Assembly: GCF_002113885.1 (NCBI RefSeq)
Contig: NW_018480037.1
Location: 186,001 to 250,000, forward strand
Direction: 5' to 3'
Source of the DNA: Mizuhopecten yessoensis
Lineage: Eukaryota
Length of the DNA stretch: 64,000 bases
Shown here: positions 25,806-40,384 of the stretch, piece after piece
Position numbering within the stretch: position 1 is the first letter of the stretch
Layout: every line of letters starts with the position of its first letter
Notes under the pieces: model-generated
Database searches by the model: none
What the model was told of the DNA's origin: nothing
The model's input: only the letters and a program-made list of their open reading frames with translations
Program-made: the position numbers and the translations under genes

Positions 25806-28800
25806 TTATCCAACAAATTGACTGGGATCGAGAACATCAAATTTCATTCCGTTTCCAAGTGATCCTGATGTACTTCCAGCACTTACTCCACTCGTAAACT
25901 TTGACGGATCTGTCATACTGGAAGAGGCCATCATTTGCTGATTAAGTTGATTTGGATCAAAGCTAGCAGAACCACCACTGCCACTGCCAGATCCACCACT
26001 GCTGCTTCCAGAACTGCTGCTACTTCCACTACTACTTGACCCGCCTCCACTGGACGAAGAACCACCTCCCATCATGTTGTTTGGCGACATCATTTGACTT
26101 GACCCGCCACTTGGACTTGATGAACTTCCACTTGATCCACTGCTGCTGCCCCCACTGTTGGACGCAGAACCACCACCCATCATGTTACTAGGTGACATCA
26201 TCTGACTTGAACCACTTCCAGATGAAGATCCTCCCGTAGATTGGGAACTTCCTCCACTTCCTCCACTTCCTCCCATCATCTGGCTTGAACTACCTCCGGA
26301 TGAGCTGGAAGGTCCTCCCATAGATGAAGAACTTCCACCTCCACCCATCATATTGCTTGGTGACATCATTTGACTGGAACTGCCCCCTGATGATCCGCCA
26401 CTCGAACTTGGAGATCCACCGCTGCTTCCCATATTTTGCAGGAATTGACTTGGATCGATTTTGTTTTTATCGGGACTGTTAATAGCATTCGGATCAAAAC
26501 TTCCAGAACTACTGCTGCTACCTCCGCCAGAGCCGCTACTACTGCTCCCACTACTTCCAGAACTACCTCCCGTCATGCTGCTTGGCGACATCATCTGATC
26601 TGATCCACCTCCTGATGAACTTGAAGATCCTCCCATAGATGATGAACTTCCACCTCCACCCATTGTATTGCTTGGTGACATCATTTGGCTAGAACTACCT
26701 CCTGATCCGCTTCCGCCAGACATTGAAGACATTTGCTGCTGCATATTTTGAATATTTTGCTGAAGCATATTGTTGTTCATCGATGTTGGATCAAAGCTGC
26801 TACTGCTGCCCCCACTTGCGCTACTTCCACTGCTACTGCTGCTTCCACTGTTACTACTTGGTTGTGTCTGTTGCGTCATTTGGTTGTTTAAAGCATTAGG
26901 ATTGAAGCTGCCTGTACTTGATCCTGAACTGGAACTGCTTGAAGAGGGCTGATTTCCACCACTACTAGCGCCTCCACTGTTCATGTTTTGTTGAGCTTGC
27001 TGCATCATTTGGTTGTTCAGAGCATTAGGATCAAAGCTGCTCGAACTTCCACTAGATCCTGAACTGGATCCACTCGAGGAAGACTGACTTCCACTACTGC
27101 TCCCACCTCCATTGTTCATGTTTTGTTGTGCCTGTTGCATCATTTGATTATTAAGTGAGTTTGGATCAAAACTGCCCATCGATGAAGCGCTAGAAGAACT
27201 TGATGAAGAACCTGACATCATTTGGTTAGGATTGAAGCTGTTACTAGACCCCCCAGCACTGCTACCGGAACTGCTTCCTGATGATGAACTGCTAGAACTC
27301 GAAGATGGACTCTTTGAACCACCTGATTGCATGAACTGTTGAGCTTGTTGCATTTGTTGCTGGAAAAGAGCATTTGGGTCGAAACTTCCGGAAATGCTCC
27401 CACTGTTCGCGCCCGACTGTGAAGATCCACTACTACCACCGGAAGGGCTTGCGGGGTTACTTCCCCCTGGAGATGCTACATTGTTTGAACTCCCTGTCAG
27501 AAACGACTGAGCTGCCTGAGATTGCTGTTGATAGATGGCGTTGGGGTCGAACGAAGCCCGTTTGAACGCTGAAATAAAAATGCATATTAGATTTCTTAAG
27601 TAGTAATATGGGTGACAAAATAGGAAAGACCAAGAATAGTTAACGACAATTTAACATCTACGAGAAGCAGAAAGTAATACGAAATCCCTTTTTTTATTAG
27701 TCTAATGCATTTCGTATTTTTTATTGTCTTTGCATCAAACAATATTTAATTCACACTCAGCCATATAAAACTAGTCTTAACTTTCTCGTAGTAGGTCATA
27801 AACCATGTGAGAAGATGTTACGTGAGCAAATTGCAAAACACCGTCAATACAATAATTGCCATATTGGCGAGTAATCCCAATAATTCGACTAAATACTGTA
27901 CACAGGTATATAATTATATAAGATTATCCGAAAGATAACGGAAAACGTATGTTTAGCCAGGTAAAGGACCCGGAACAATTATATTTATTTAGGAGAGAAA
28001 ATATTTTGATTTTCTGAAGACCAGTTATATTAACTGTCATTTTCCTACACAAATAAAAGACGCTGATCAACTGTTAATGATTCCTTAGATAGCTGTTATA
28101 TCTTTCGAATGTTTCTTAACTTTATGTGACTCTCTATAGTTACTGTTTAGTGCACTACGTTAACCCTAATTATTCATTACATACCAGTAGGGCATTTCAC
28201 ATAATTTGTGAAAAGAAGCACTGGTTAACCTATGCTAAATGAACTGTGGTGGGTTGTCTGTTGCTATAAATCACGGCAGTGGCGTGTAGGGTTTAAAGGA
28301 TGGGTAGTGCTGGTAGTATTTAATCCATAATTATGTTGTTGATTGAAGGATATCGCACCATATGATCCGATAATTCCAAATGACGTCGTATATCCAATGA
28401 CACATAATGATACAATTTAAATATTTTGAGTAAAAATCCTCAATAGGCAATCGTATTAAAAACTTAGATTTCATAAAGTACTCTTTTAAGCTACTACTTG
28501 TGTTCTGTTAATCGCTGGGAAGGTGCACGTGGAATTTGATTTACAATTAATAAGATATTATTTATGGAGGTATGTAAACAAACAGCTTAATAGGCTAGTG
28601 ACATATCAATGTTTAGATTATGATTCTGCCAGCGTCGAAACTATTGTGCGTAATATACTTATTGTCACACTAAGTGGTATGATCTTGATTGTGTGAGGTT
28701 TTAAACCCTTAATATAAGTTGATATAGTATACAATAGCTAACCTTGAATGAAAACAACAAGGAATCAAATATAAGTAAATGAACATAGCAACAAAAAGAA

Positions 28801-29435
28801 GGCGAAGGCAGTGTGGACCACGTCATCAAATCTCCTTACCAAAGACGAAATACAACAAATAGGAAATCACCTTGCCAAGGACGAATAACTGCAAATATGA
28901 TGTCACCTTACCAAGGACTAAGCACAACAAATAAAAAATCACTTTATCAAGATAGAATAACTGGAAAAAATAAATCACCTTACAAAAGGAGAAAGCACAA
29001 CAAACAGGACTACAACATATCATAATCAAGGACAAAGCACGACAAATGGAACAATAATCTATCGCGGACAAAGCACGACAAATGGGACAATAACCTAGCA
29101 AGGACAAAGCACGGCAAATAGGAAAGCAACACAGACACATGATATACTAAAACAATGTAAGGAACATGCAAAAATAAATAGGAAGACAAAGTAAGGAAGG
29201 AGAAGCAACAAGGAACAGGAAAAGATAGTATAATCTAAGGAGAAACAAAACATAAATTTGAACATAATGACAATATAAGCCAAACATATAACCCAGTAAT
29301 ACATAAATATGAAACGAGAGCAATATCTTTTGGTTTTATAGCGGTTGGTATGATATTGTATAAATATTAATATTTATGATTACCTGGGAGTGCATTGCAG
29401 CATGCTATGCACATGAATGCTATACAAAGAAGCAT
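25806..29435 (-). CDS. Gene A: secreted Ser/Gly/Met/Gln/Asn-rich low-complexity protein with SF[DN]PN and QMMSP repeats, ~604 aa
   Basis: Exon 1 29384-29435 encodes signal peptide MLLCIAFMCIACCNALP + G|GTAATC. Exon 2 25806-27568 follows TTTTTATTTCAG and opens in frame (AFKRASFDPNAIYQQQ...) into the 515-aa ORF, ending at TAA. It carries nine F[DN]P motifs, three DPS[QK]F motifs and five QMMSP motifs, separated by poly-Ser/Gly. Confidence 0.88.
28828..29125. repeat. Degenerate 36-bp minisatellite (~8 copies) in intron 1 of gene A
   Basis: Variants of AAATCACCTTACCAAGGACAAAGCACAACAAATAGG. Confidence 0.8.
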
Positions 29436-32400
29436 GTTTGTGGCCGCTGATGGACGTCGGGCTTGTGTGTAGAATGGTGCTAGTGGACGACTCTATTGTC
29501 GAGGTCACCTCTCAGGTCAGACCTTTATCTCTCGGACATGCTGTCGTATAATCACCCAAAATGTGTGGCTAATCAATTAGATGGCACAACATCTGCTCCC
29601 CATCTATCGTTATGCCGTAATGGCATGACTTTAGTTTATCGTCACCATGCAAGTTCGATAGAGACACATCAAGCAACAGCCATTGCAAAATGTCTTCATA
29701 TCCCAAACAGAATCATTTATTTTGTGCTTGACGATTGTACGTACAACAAAGCTAAAATACATAAACAAGTAGTTGTATCCACTGCTTGTAGAAATAAAAT
29801 CTATTTTTATGATTGTAAATTATATCAATGATATACTAAAGAAATTACTTGACAATGTCTCAAACTTTTTTTTAGCTAAGGCGTTAGCCGCCAGCTATTG
29901 GTATTACTTTAGTTAATGAGCTCAGATATTCATAAATGTCGATTTCACACAGACGGCCTCTAGCGGTAGTCACTGGTACTAAATTGAATCATATACCGGA
30001 CCTACTGTCTTTATTATGCGTAACTTTGGACTCAAATGCACTTGAATGGCTTGTAAATATCATTACTTTTCTTTATAGAACATATGATCTTATCACAACG
30101 TCGTATTCTTATTGAAAATGCACCCTGTTTATCTCAATCGGGAACTGCTACTTGAATGTAGGTCATGCATGCTACACGCAACTTCCGGTAAAAATACTTC
30201 AGTTAATGAGCTCAGATATTCATAAACGAGACATAACGTCACCTTCTAGTAATACTAAACAAACTGCAAATAAAATCCATTACCACGGACTCAAGTTCAC
30301 TCAAACGTCATTGGATATAATCTTATTCTTAGTTAGAACTAAGTATCCTTCTAAAACTTCGTATTTACTCTTGGAACTGTCGCTGGATTAACCCTTTACA
30401 CGGAAATATTGTCCTGTGATTGGCTAAAATTGGTGACATTTACGTCCCTGTTTACAATTATATATTGCGTGGTCAGAGCTATGAAGCGGTCCTGTTCCAA
30501 CTAACTGAGGATAATCAAAAGTGCTAATCAGTAATAATATATCTGATTCACGCTTCATATGATTATAATGTTATCAAAATATTGCATATTCGTTCATCGT
30601 TAAAATAACAAATCCTTACTAAAAACTCTAAAAAAAGAAACGACGGCCATGTTAGATCACGCGTGATGTTATCCGTTTCCTTATATGGCCTTCACGGCCA
30701 AATATAGTATTACTACTGATGCGGTCATGTTTACTACAATTTCCATATTTGGTCATGACACCCATATTTAGACGTCTGACCTATATCGGAAAGATTGAGG
30801 AAGTTTCCAACATGGCAGTCAATTAGGATTTCGCTTGCACTTGTTACGTAAACTTGATAATTTAACGAAATATAAGGCGGAGTATAACTTACAATTATGT
30901 AGGAGATCAACATAAAAAGTTCATATTACAAACCTATTAATGGATACGGATCCTGTCAATTAATTCTAAAATCGCCTCCGTGTGATTCACACCAGGCTTG
31001 CCTAACTAAAATGGGATCAACCGGCCGGGGCAGATGAGACCGGGAATCATGTTAGAACTAGCCACTGTCCTTCTCTAGTTCCATATTGGTATTCTAACCT
31101 GAAGGCTTTTTTTACCTTCGCAGTATTATCATTTTGTTCTATTTTCATCATAAGATATGCTATTGCATTTTTATATCGCCTTCTCGCTAATTACAGCTCA
31201 GCCAGAAACGAAAATATGCTCCGATAGGCCTACATTTTATATGTCTGTTGGTGTGATTTGTGTTTTTCGTTTATTGAAGTATTACCATATAACAGGACTC
31301 TTTTATTTCAATATACACAAAAACAACAACACCTTCGGAATGATTTCAGACATATACTGCGGGAAAACACGAGTGATCTCCCTTACATTTAGACATGCGC
31401 ACATTTTACTTTCGTTTTGTGTAGGCCTAGACATCATTCGCAACGCGAAGCGGAAAAGACGAAAATGCAGGCGAGTGTTGACTTAATGTTAGGCATGTTG
31501 TTTAAGCAGCATTGACAATGAACAATATACATACACTTCTGCAACGTTTACCTACTACTGATTCATAAATAAGGCTATGTATCCCGATTTCGGTGACTTG
31601 TGGCCAAGCATGCGGCCGAAGCCGCAGAGAATGGCGCATGTTGTCAGCGGCGATGACAAAAAGGAAGGTGCTTCTACGGTATGTATAGCAGTTATTATGC
31701 AAAAACAAACATAATAAACGGACGTTTTACTCTAGTGAATTACAGCGTCACGAGGAACGTCTTTCTCCAGACGTGTTGCAAAATTTTCGAACTGCTTAGT
31801 TGCAAACTGATTTCACTTAAGCGTTGTTTGTGAGGATATTTGGCCTTACATTTCTTCTCATTCAGTTAAAAAAAAACATGTTATAAACATTGTATTATTA
31901 GATTCATTGTGATGTTGGCTTTCATTGAAGTTTCAATTGTTATACTACTTGATGTTTTGGAAACTTAAACAAGTATAGTAGTTCTAAATATTATGAAATG
32001 ACAGAAACATTAGGCCAAACAAATTACTTGTGTTTCTACTATCAGAAAAAAATAGGGTAGGTATGTATTAGCTAGGCATTTTATTGTTAATTTGAAAAAT
32101 ATCTTTACTGCGCTAATATAGAGCAGGAGTTCTGACTTTAACAGTGCATATAAAAACTTAAGGGTATTGTAGAACACAAATCTGAGATAAGTCTGGTTAA
32201 CCACACTGGTGTCGAACACACCAATAAGTATAGTGTGTATAATATATCATAGTTTATACACATCATATTACTATTAGTGTGTCCAGTATCTGTGGGGTTA
32301 GCATAAACTCAATATTTGTTTTAAACTTTTAATTGGCCTTATATAATGATCATTTATAGGTCAGACAGGGTTTGGTTTCCAATTCGGAAACTAGACCTGT

Positions 32401-35400
32401 TAAAACAGTTATCATTTGTAATTTAGAGATTAAATATTTCTAAGCAGAAAAAAATGAACTATAAATATTTTTCAACCTTTTCTGAGTTGTACAATTTTAG
32501 AGTATCTTCTGTCTGAAATCTGAACATAACTTGTTTTATGATAAATGTGTAAAACAATTCCTCATACTGGGGTAAAGTTTTTCTATATATAGTCCCAAAA
32601 ACTACAGATAAAATCCTTGAGCACGTACAAGATACAAAAATATATATTTTACGTCCATTTTGCAAAACATACAACATAAGCTACAAAGACAAAACATGAG
32701 TATAATAACAGAGACCAAAATATTACAACATGGAAAAATAAAATAAAAACATGTATGTACATGTAGTATACTGTAAGCTCAGAAAAAGAGTTTATCACTT
32801 GGAAAGCACTTAATAGGCACATTGAACACGGTAAGCACATCAGCACATGGTAATTTAAGCACATTTAGAACATTTGCATACAGCACATAAAAAACAAAAC
32901 CATAACATGGAAAGCTTATTAGCACATAGTAGGCACATTTGCACATTGTAAGCAAAATAAAGGAGTGCAATGGACATCTCCATGTTTCCTGGTTAATTTC
33001 TTCTTTATGGAAACAACCAGGGGAGAGTGATGTTCTGCTTCATCTTTTGTATTAATGAAAACCGTGAATATCTAAGTGCGTGTGTTTAAACTAATTTTGT
33101 TTTGTTTTTACTGGTACCTTTTTATGTACACATGTTTTACCACCTAAGGAATTAGATGTCTTAAGCCCCCATATGATGTGCTGTTATAAGTTGAATTTAA
33201 TGTACATTTTGTTTATATTTAGTTCTGCTACCAAAGAGATTGACTTATTGAAATGTTTTTGAAACATTTTAATGAACTCCTCAGCTTTAATGCCTTATTT
33301 CTCACTATACAAGCTCATATTGCTATGCCTCCTATTTGTTTGAATATCATCTCTAAACATTATTGCTGGTGCAGAAATTATATGGTAACTATGTTCTATT
33401 TTAGGGGGGGAAAGCAATCAATATTACAACAGACAGGGATGGTTATTGATGGGAGAAAGGAGGATGAGAAATAGGAACTGTACCAACTCTCTCATACCTT
33501 TGAGGACTTCATGAACTTTTTCAAAAGGCTGCAAGAACTATACCAACAGTGACATGACATTTTGAAATCTGTCAGTTACTTTATAGAGGAGGAACCTCTG
33601 ACTAAATCATTTTCTCTCAGACACATGAAAGCCGAGTCCACAGATCCTTCCATCAGCGAATAGTTCAAATGTAGTTCAAATGCTTTCCTCGCAAACTTTT
33701 CCTTAATGGAGAAGTCAGTGATCTTTACTTGGAACAGATTGAATCTGTGAATATTGATGCTGAAAGCCTGATGAATGTGATTGAACAGCCCCTACTTGAT
33801 GCTGAAACCCTGATGAATGTGATTGAACACCCACTACTGACTAAGGGCACAAATGTTGGAAACAACGTTTGTTTTGATCAATATAACACTATGGGTGGTG
33901 GGAGCAAATTGGAAAAAAAATTAAAAGTATGTTTTTAAAGATAGAAATACTGGTCATGGCTTCCTTTTAGTTTTTGTCCAATGAATTAAAAGTCAACGCA
34001 AATGTTAAGTAGTAAAAGAAATGTAAGATCCCTGGTATACATTGTACTTTTAACAATGCTTATGATCAATATCAATAAAATAAAATAAAAGTTATAATAT
34101 GTAACTTGATATTTGTTAACTTCGCTCGATTTTACTGTGTCCAACATTTGATATTAAATCTTGTGTGATATATGAGAGGGATAGCACACAAGATTGTATC
34201 AATGTCAATGAAAGCAATTATTTCTTAAGTTTTCAACCATATTTCTTGAAACTTCATTTCTAAATTTCATACATCAATTGTTCAAGACAGTTTTAAGGTC
34301 AATTTCATTCAGTCAAGGTGAAGGCTACAGCTTCACAACCTGTTCATGTACATGTGACAGAGAAATTGTCAGTGCATTCCTAACTAAGTATTCAAACCAA
34401 ATTTTATAAACCTTGATCCATCATTCTCAACATTAAATCATGCACTACCTGTTTGCATATACACAAGCAACCTCAACTTTCAATAAGTCCTGTTGTCAAC
34501 ATTTGTTGCACAATGCTATCAGTTCTGAAACCAACAATCATGACAACTGTAATAACATAGTATGTGTTCTAGCTGGTACATTTGCAGTACTCTTTTGAAA
34601 TGTATTTGAAATTAATATGTGCATCTTATTTCAAATGCTAGCCTATGAAGATGATAAAGCTGAACATATGCTATAAAGTTGTTGTTTTCTTTGTGAAGAA
34701 TTTATGCAATGGAAATAGAGGGAAAATAATGTAACTCTCCTAATCTTGTGTGTGTGTGTGAGTATGTATGTTTATATTTTGTTTATCTTATTCAATATTG
34801 AAACATACAACAATGTATCATATTGAATTAGAGTGCTTTTTATATTATTTGTTCATGGGAACACAGATTCAAAATAGTTCCATTTTTCATAAGAAGAGAC
34901 CTTTTCACTGCAGTGAATATGTAAAACACTTTATTTAAAAGTTTTTCAAAATTATTGAGAGACTTGTAAATTTATGGGTAGCAGTAATCCACTTGCTTAT
35001 CCACAATTTAGTTTCGGCAAGTAAACATCCTTATAAATATTGTTCTGTAACAATATACACTGACTGATGCAAAATTGAAACTTGAACAAAATTCACACGT
35101 ATTAAAAAGCATGCCAACCCTGGTCGATGTGCACACTTTACAAGATAACTTGCTTGAATATATATTGATCAATATACAAACTTAGACGATAAGTTCAAAG
35201 TTGAGTGAAATCCATGCCTAATTAATTAGCATACTGTACTCTGATTGGTCAATGGTTTTATGCCAAGTAACTTTGTTAGATAAGGCAAGGGTTGATATCT
35301 TATTCAACAACAAAGGCAAAGTTCAAAGATGTTCACAATCTGTGCATAATCTATTCAATGGTTTAAAATAATCAGGTATTGGTCAAAGGGGTAAATGCCA

Positions 35401-38400
35401 GTTTCAGTTTTTAATGTTCTATGAAATACATTGTATGGACAAAGGGAAGCAATTCCAAATTCCTATGCAAATTAATTATCCAAAGGTTTAAAATGATATA
35501 TTCTAGAGGAAACTTGGTACCACTCTTCTGACAAACCTATAAAGATATACTGTACACACAAGAAGAATAACTTCACAGTGGTACACTTTTACATAAAACT
35601 TTGATTCATAACAAATTAACAGTAAATCCTTCTGTACAATATGATGGGAACTTCGTCTTTATTTTGTTCTCCATTCCAAAAATAATATATATATCTTTTG
35701 CCTTAGCTTTCAGTACTTTCAGTACTTTGATTAGATCTTCTGAGGCTTGACTTCTGACGTGGACTATAACTGTAATTGTCTCTACATGTCAGCATGCGGT
35801 CCTTTGTACGCTAACGTCACGGTACCCAAAAAGGGACACTTTTTAGATGAATATCAATGTTCTTTATACCATACTATCAGTTCCAAAAATGTTTGATCAT
35901 TTTTCATCAATAGATACTATCCACTTTTCATTTCTATCTCAATTTGATATTTCGGGCGCGTGGTTCTATAAAAAGAACACGAAACTACATCAGACTTACG
36001 TAGGCCATTGAACCGGCGTTAGTGTACGCCGAAAGGGCACTTCCTGTATTTTGGCGAATATTTCGGGATAAACGATCAATATCGGCAGAACATATGCATA
36101 CTTGAAATATTTTAGAGTCGACGAGGGTTCTGATTAAATTTCTTCTCCAAACTAGCATCAGTTTTGATATAATAGACTTTTGAAAACTGTATACATAAAA
36201 GTACCGTCCCGATTTGGGTACAGGTGTAGAAAGAACGACTCTTGGTATCAAAACTTGCTTTATTATGATCACCAAAATAACATTTGGTTGTTCTACTTTC
36301 ATAGGCAGTCGTATTTGCTGAACTTTGTCTTGGTTGGAGTGTAGACAGAATCTCGTCACCTGTTCAAGAGTATCATCAGCAAACATTTCCCGAATCCCTT
36401 GTTTGGCTTTCTAAAGTATCAATTGTCTTTTAGAAACACATGTTGCCGTTTGATTTATAAGGAAAGTAGATTGACGTATTTTTATATAAATACAATGTTT
36501 ATATAAAAGTCAAATCTTTGTGGAATAATTGTACGTTTTATCCTTTTTAAATAATGTCACCATTCAAAATTAAATTCTTTTACTTCTCATTCATAAGCAA
36601 CGGACTACGTTATCATGAAAAAATATATTAATACACATGAAAATAATTGATTACAAGAAAGAAAGAAAGAAAGAAAGTAGACCAGGGGCCTGTTGAGAAT
36701 TGTATATAATATAAGTTCTGGGTTCACCCGTAATTTTACTGCCATTTTAAATGCCTGCACAGAAAAAATATCTCAACACTCCCTTTTTGTTCAGGGATTA
36801 ACACAGGGCGGTAAAACATTTACCGTTACTCGACCTGGAATACCAAAAGGTATCGTATTCCTTCGTTTTGTAAGTCGAAAATTAATATTATAATAACTAC
36901 CTTACTCCTGAATGAACATATTTGAAGGGTTGTGTTTGTCATTCATCAAAGGTGAGGCAGTGTGAATGGAGATTTTCAATCATCTCTGCATTAAATGATC
37001 CATTATATTAGATAACTGAGACTATAAAACATTCTGTCAACCATGTACGAACCATCACTCGATCAATAGTTAACTTATATGTCGGTCAATAATTCACGAT
37101 TATTGTTAGTGAATACTTGAACCTAAAAAAGGTTTTCTTGTGTCAATTCTGGGATCTCATTTTTACTTTTTATCGCTTTGTGTGGCAGGAATTCATAAAT
37201 TATTAAGGTATATACTGCTACTACCGGCATATTTGTCAAGTATGTGATATTAAAACAGGCTGGTTTACTTTTTATCTTTAAAATAGCACTAATAATAATG
37301 AAAAATACTTATCTTGTTAATATAAAATTAATTATGGTTAAGTGTTTTTAAACCTTAACATTGTGGTATGAAAAGGTCATAAAAAGATAAAATTATTCAA
37401 AGTTAAATGTTTTATCATACGGAAGACCTTTAACAATTATATGCTTCATGTATTTACAAGTTCAACCAGTCTGATTGGATTTTATTGACGTTAGAGACTA
37501 GATTTCTCTGATAGTGTCAGACAATATCATTACCTACCAGTACCAACCTGTAGGAATATTTGTTAGCTTAGATAGTGGACACATACGTTCACAATCAGTA
37601 TTTTTTGAAAGCTTTGTCCAAAACTTTAAATGTGTTTTTGCTTATTACCTGTTGAAGATTATTTGTCTTTTGAACCAATGACTTGTTTTTTTTTAGCAGA
37701 AAGTATTATAAAATTTTGTTTCAAACATTAAGTGTTATCAAGTTGACTAATTGGACACAAGTTCAGGACCAAATTGTTAAAGGGTTTTATACCTTAATGA
37801 CACTTGAATGCAAATGTTTACACTGAATTTTATTTAAAACCAAGTTGCCTATGTCACAATTTAGATTTTTGTTATCAAAGTTATAAAATATATATTATCC
37901 AAATTTCCTGAGATCTTATCAATTTGATGATACAGAAGTTCCCAGTGTAGTAGATATTGGGTGATGGTTTCTTTATGTACACCCAAACGGTAAACTGGTG
38001 TCGCTGTACAGTATTAGCCGGTCTTTTGGCCATGTTTACTTTACAATATCTTTGTTGGTAACTTCATATTTAGACGAAGTTATTATTTATAGGAAAACTC
38101 CACTGTATTACGTGAGCCATTCATGTCACTTTGGTATTTGTTATTCATAAATTCAAGTATACAATCGTTCATTATGTACATTCCATTTTAAACAGATTGT
38201 TTTGGAATTCATTGATAAGAAGGATGGGGTAAATAAATAATATGAGAGAGATAACTATTACTTCATTTTAGATCCCGATGGGTTTAACATTCTTCACATA
38301 AGTTATAGTGTAAATTGCTGCTTCTTTAATGCTGTGTTTTGTTGTATGCTGGAACTTCCTACGACTACATAAATGTTCTTTTAGTGCGAACAAACATTTA

Positions 38401-38988
38401 ATCGAAAATATTGATAAGTAAACTTAAGTTAGATTTATTTTGTCACACGAAGTACGTTTAAATCAGTACAAGTCTTTAAATTACCATTATTATGTCTAGA
38501 AGGCGATATAGAAAAAGTTGGCATAGACGGGAATGTTGACCTTGTCACGAGAATTGATCCTTTTAAGTTTAAATAATAGTAAGTTGGCAGCGTATGAGTA
38601 CTTTCGTGTACAACGACCGTGTATTTGCATTTCCTATGTAAAGAATACTAAACGATTAATGATTGATGATGAATTATGTCCAATCTCTTGTATAGTGTAT
38701 AATCAAATATAACCTCTCGAACTTTAGAGAGTAAATTATGTTTGAGAATAATCTTACAAGAGTGGATAAAATCACAATCAGACATCTCTAATTGAATATC
38801 TTGTTTCTACCGCGACACATAAGTACATTTAATTTTCGCTAGCCGAATGCTCTGATCGAGAGAGAACTATCCGTTAAGCGTGACGTCATAAGTCGACATA
38901 CGTAATAGGCAGGTGTGATGAAACTTATATAAGTTAAGGCAGACATTATAAGATGCAGTTACTTTTTTCGTGGAAGGAGTTGTGTGAA

Positions 38989-40014
38989 GACAAGAGACCC
39001 ATGGGCCTAACGGTCACCTGAGTTATGTAAAAACTGATGTTATCGATGTTGCCAAATGAAAAAGAAATAATTTTGAAACAAGGGTAACTTGAACTACATG
39101 TAATACAAAAGTAGTGTGAAAGATCTGGGTAGTATATGTATTATGTACAAATAGTGGTTCTGTCATTCAGCTGAATTTTGGTAAAGCACCTTGCGACCCT
39201 TCCATCTATAAGGAGTGTTTGATTCCACCATATCTGGATCTTGAGAAGAAGAATTTAGAAATTTCAGTCAATTTGACCCTTTTTTGCTCCACCCATCAAC
39301 CCCTGGGGGGTCAGTCAGGGCTCATATGTGCATACCATCAAACTGCTATCTAATACTGATAATGCTAACCAAGTTTGAATTAATTCCAATGGAAATTAAA
39401 CAAATGTTGGTCCAAAATGTGATTTCCCTATATAAACCATAGTAAAGTTAATCCCCTCCCCAGGGGGAAACGTGAGATCCCAGGGTCATGAAATTCACAA
39501 TTTTGGTAAAGCACATTAAGACCATTCCATCTATAAAGAGAATTTGATTCTACCATATCTGAATCTTGAGAAGAAGATTTTTGAAACTTCAGTCAATTTG
39601 ACCCTTTTTGGCCCAACCCATCACTCCCTGGGGTCAGTCAGGGCTGATATGTGCATACCACCAAACTGCTATCCAATGCTGATAATGCTAACCAAGTTTG
39701 AATTAACTCCAATGGAAAGTAAACAAATGCTGGCCCAAAATGTGATTTCCCTATATAAACTATAGTAAAGTTTATTCCCTTAATTTGACCCTTTTTGGCC
39801 CCGCCCTTCAGGCCCCTGGGGGCTGGGGGCCATATAATCCACAATTTTGGTTGACCTTTTGCCATGGAAGGTTTCTGCAAAATGTCATTAAAATTGGTTC
39901 TGGAGTTTTGGAGAAGTCGAAAATGTAAATTGTTTACGAACAGACGACGGACGACGACGGACAAAAGGCGATCGCAATAGGTCACTAAAGACTTTGTGTC
40001 TCAGATGACCTAAA
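38989..40014 (+). mobile_element. Non-autonomous Helentron/HINE element, copy 2 of the same family
   Basis: Same termini (ACAAGAGACCCATGGGCCTAACGGTCACCTGA ... GGCGATCGCAATAGGTCAC...TCTCAGATGACCTAAA) and the same ~325-bp internal tandem unit as 1445-2653. Confidence 0.75.
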
Positions 40015-40384
40015 CAGACCACTGCTTCCATTTTTGTAGCTTTATTAGGTAAACGAGTTGTCAACTCAACTTTTCGAAATGATGTATGTCGTTAATGATT
40101 TACCCTTTACAAGTATGTACTGTCTTAAACAATGAGTGATTTGTGTATATGTGTAAATTTTGAATATTGTGGAAGAAAAATAAATAAGTTTGAAATTTTC
40201 GTGAATCAAGCCATTTTTTTTTAATATTGATTCATGCTTATGATGTTTCATTAATACAATTGATAATTTGTTTTATCGGCGGATGTTTTGAAAATTCAAA
40301 AAAAGAACATAGGTACTATTTAAGGGCCTCGCGAAATGTAATAAAAAGCATATTCTATGTACAAGCATATTCATATAATTTATT

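Noticed and set aside
28813-29304. Cys-rich or basic repetitive ORFs
   Set aside because: Translations of the 36-bp intronic minisatellite and adjacent A-rich DNA; no splice or start context.
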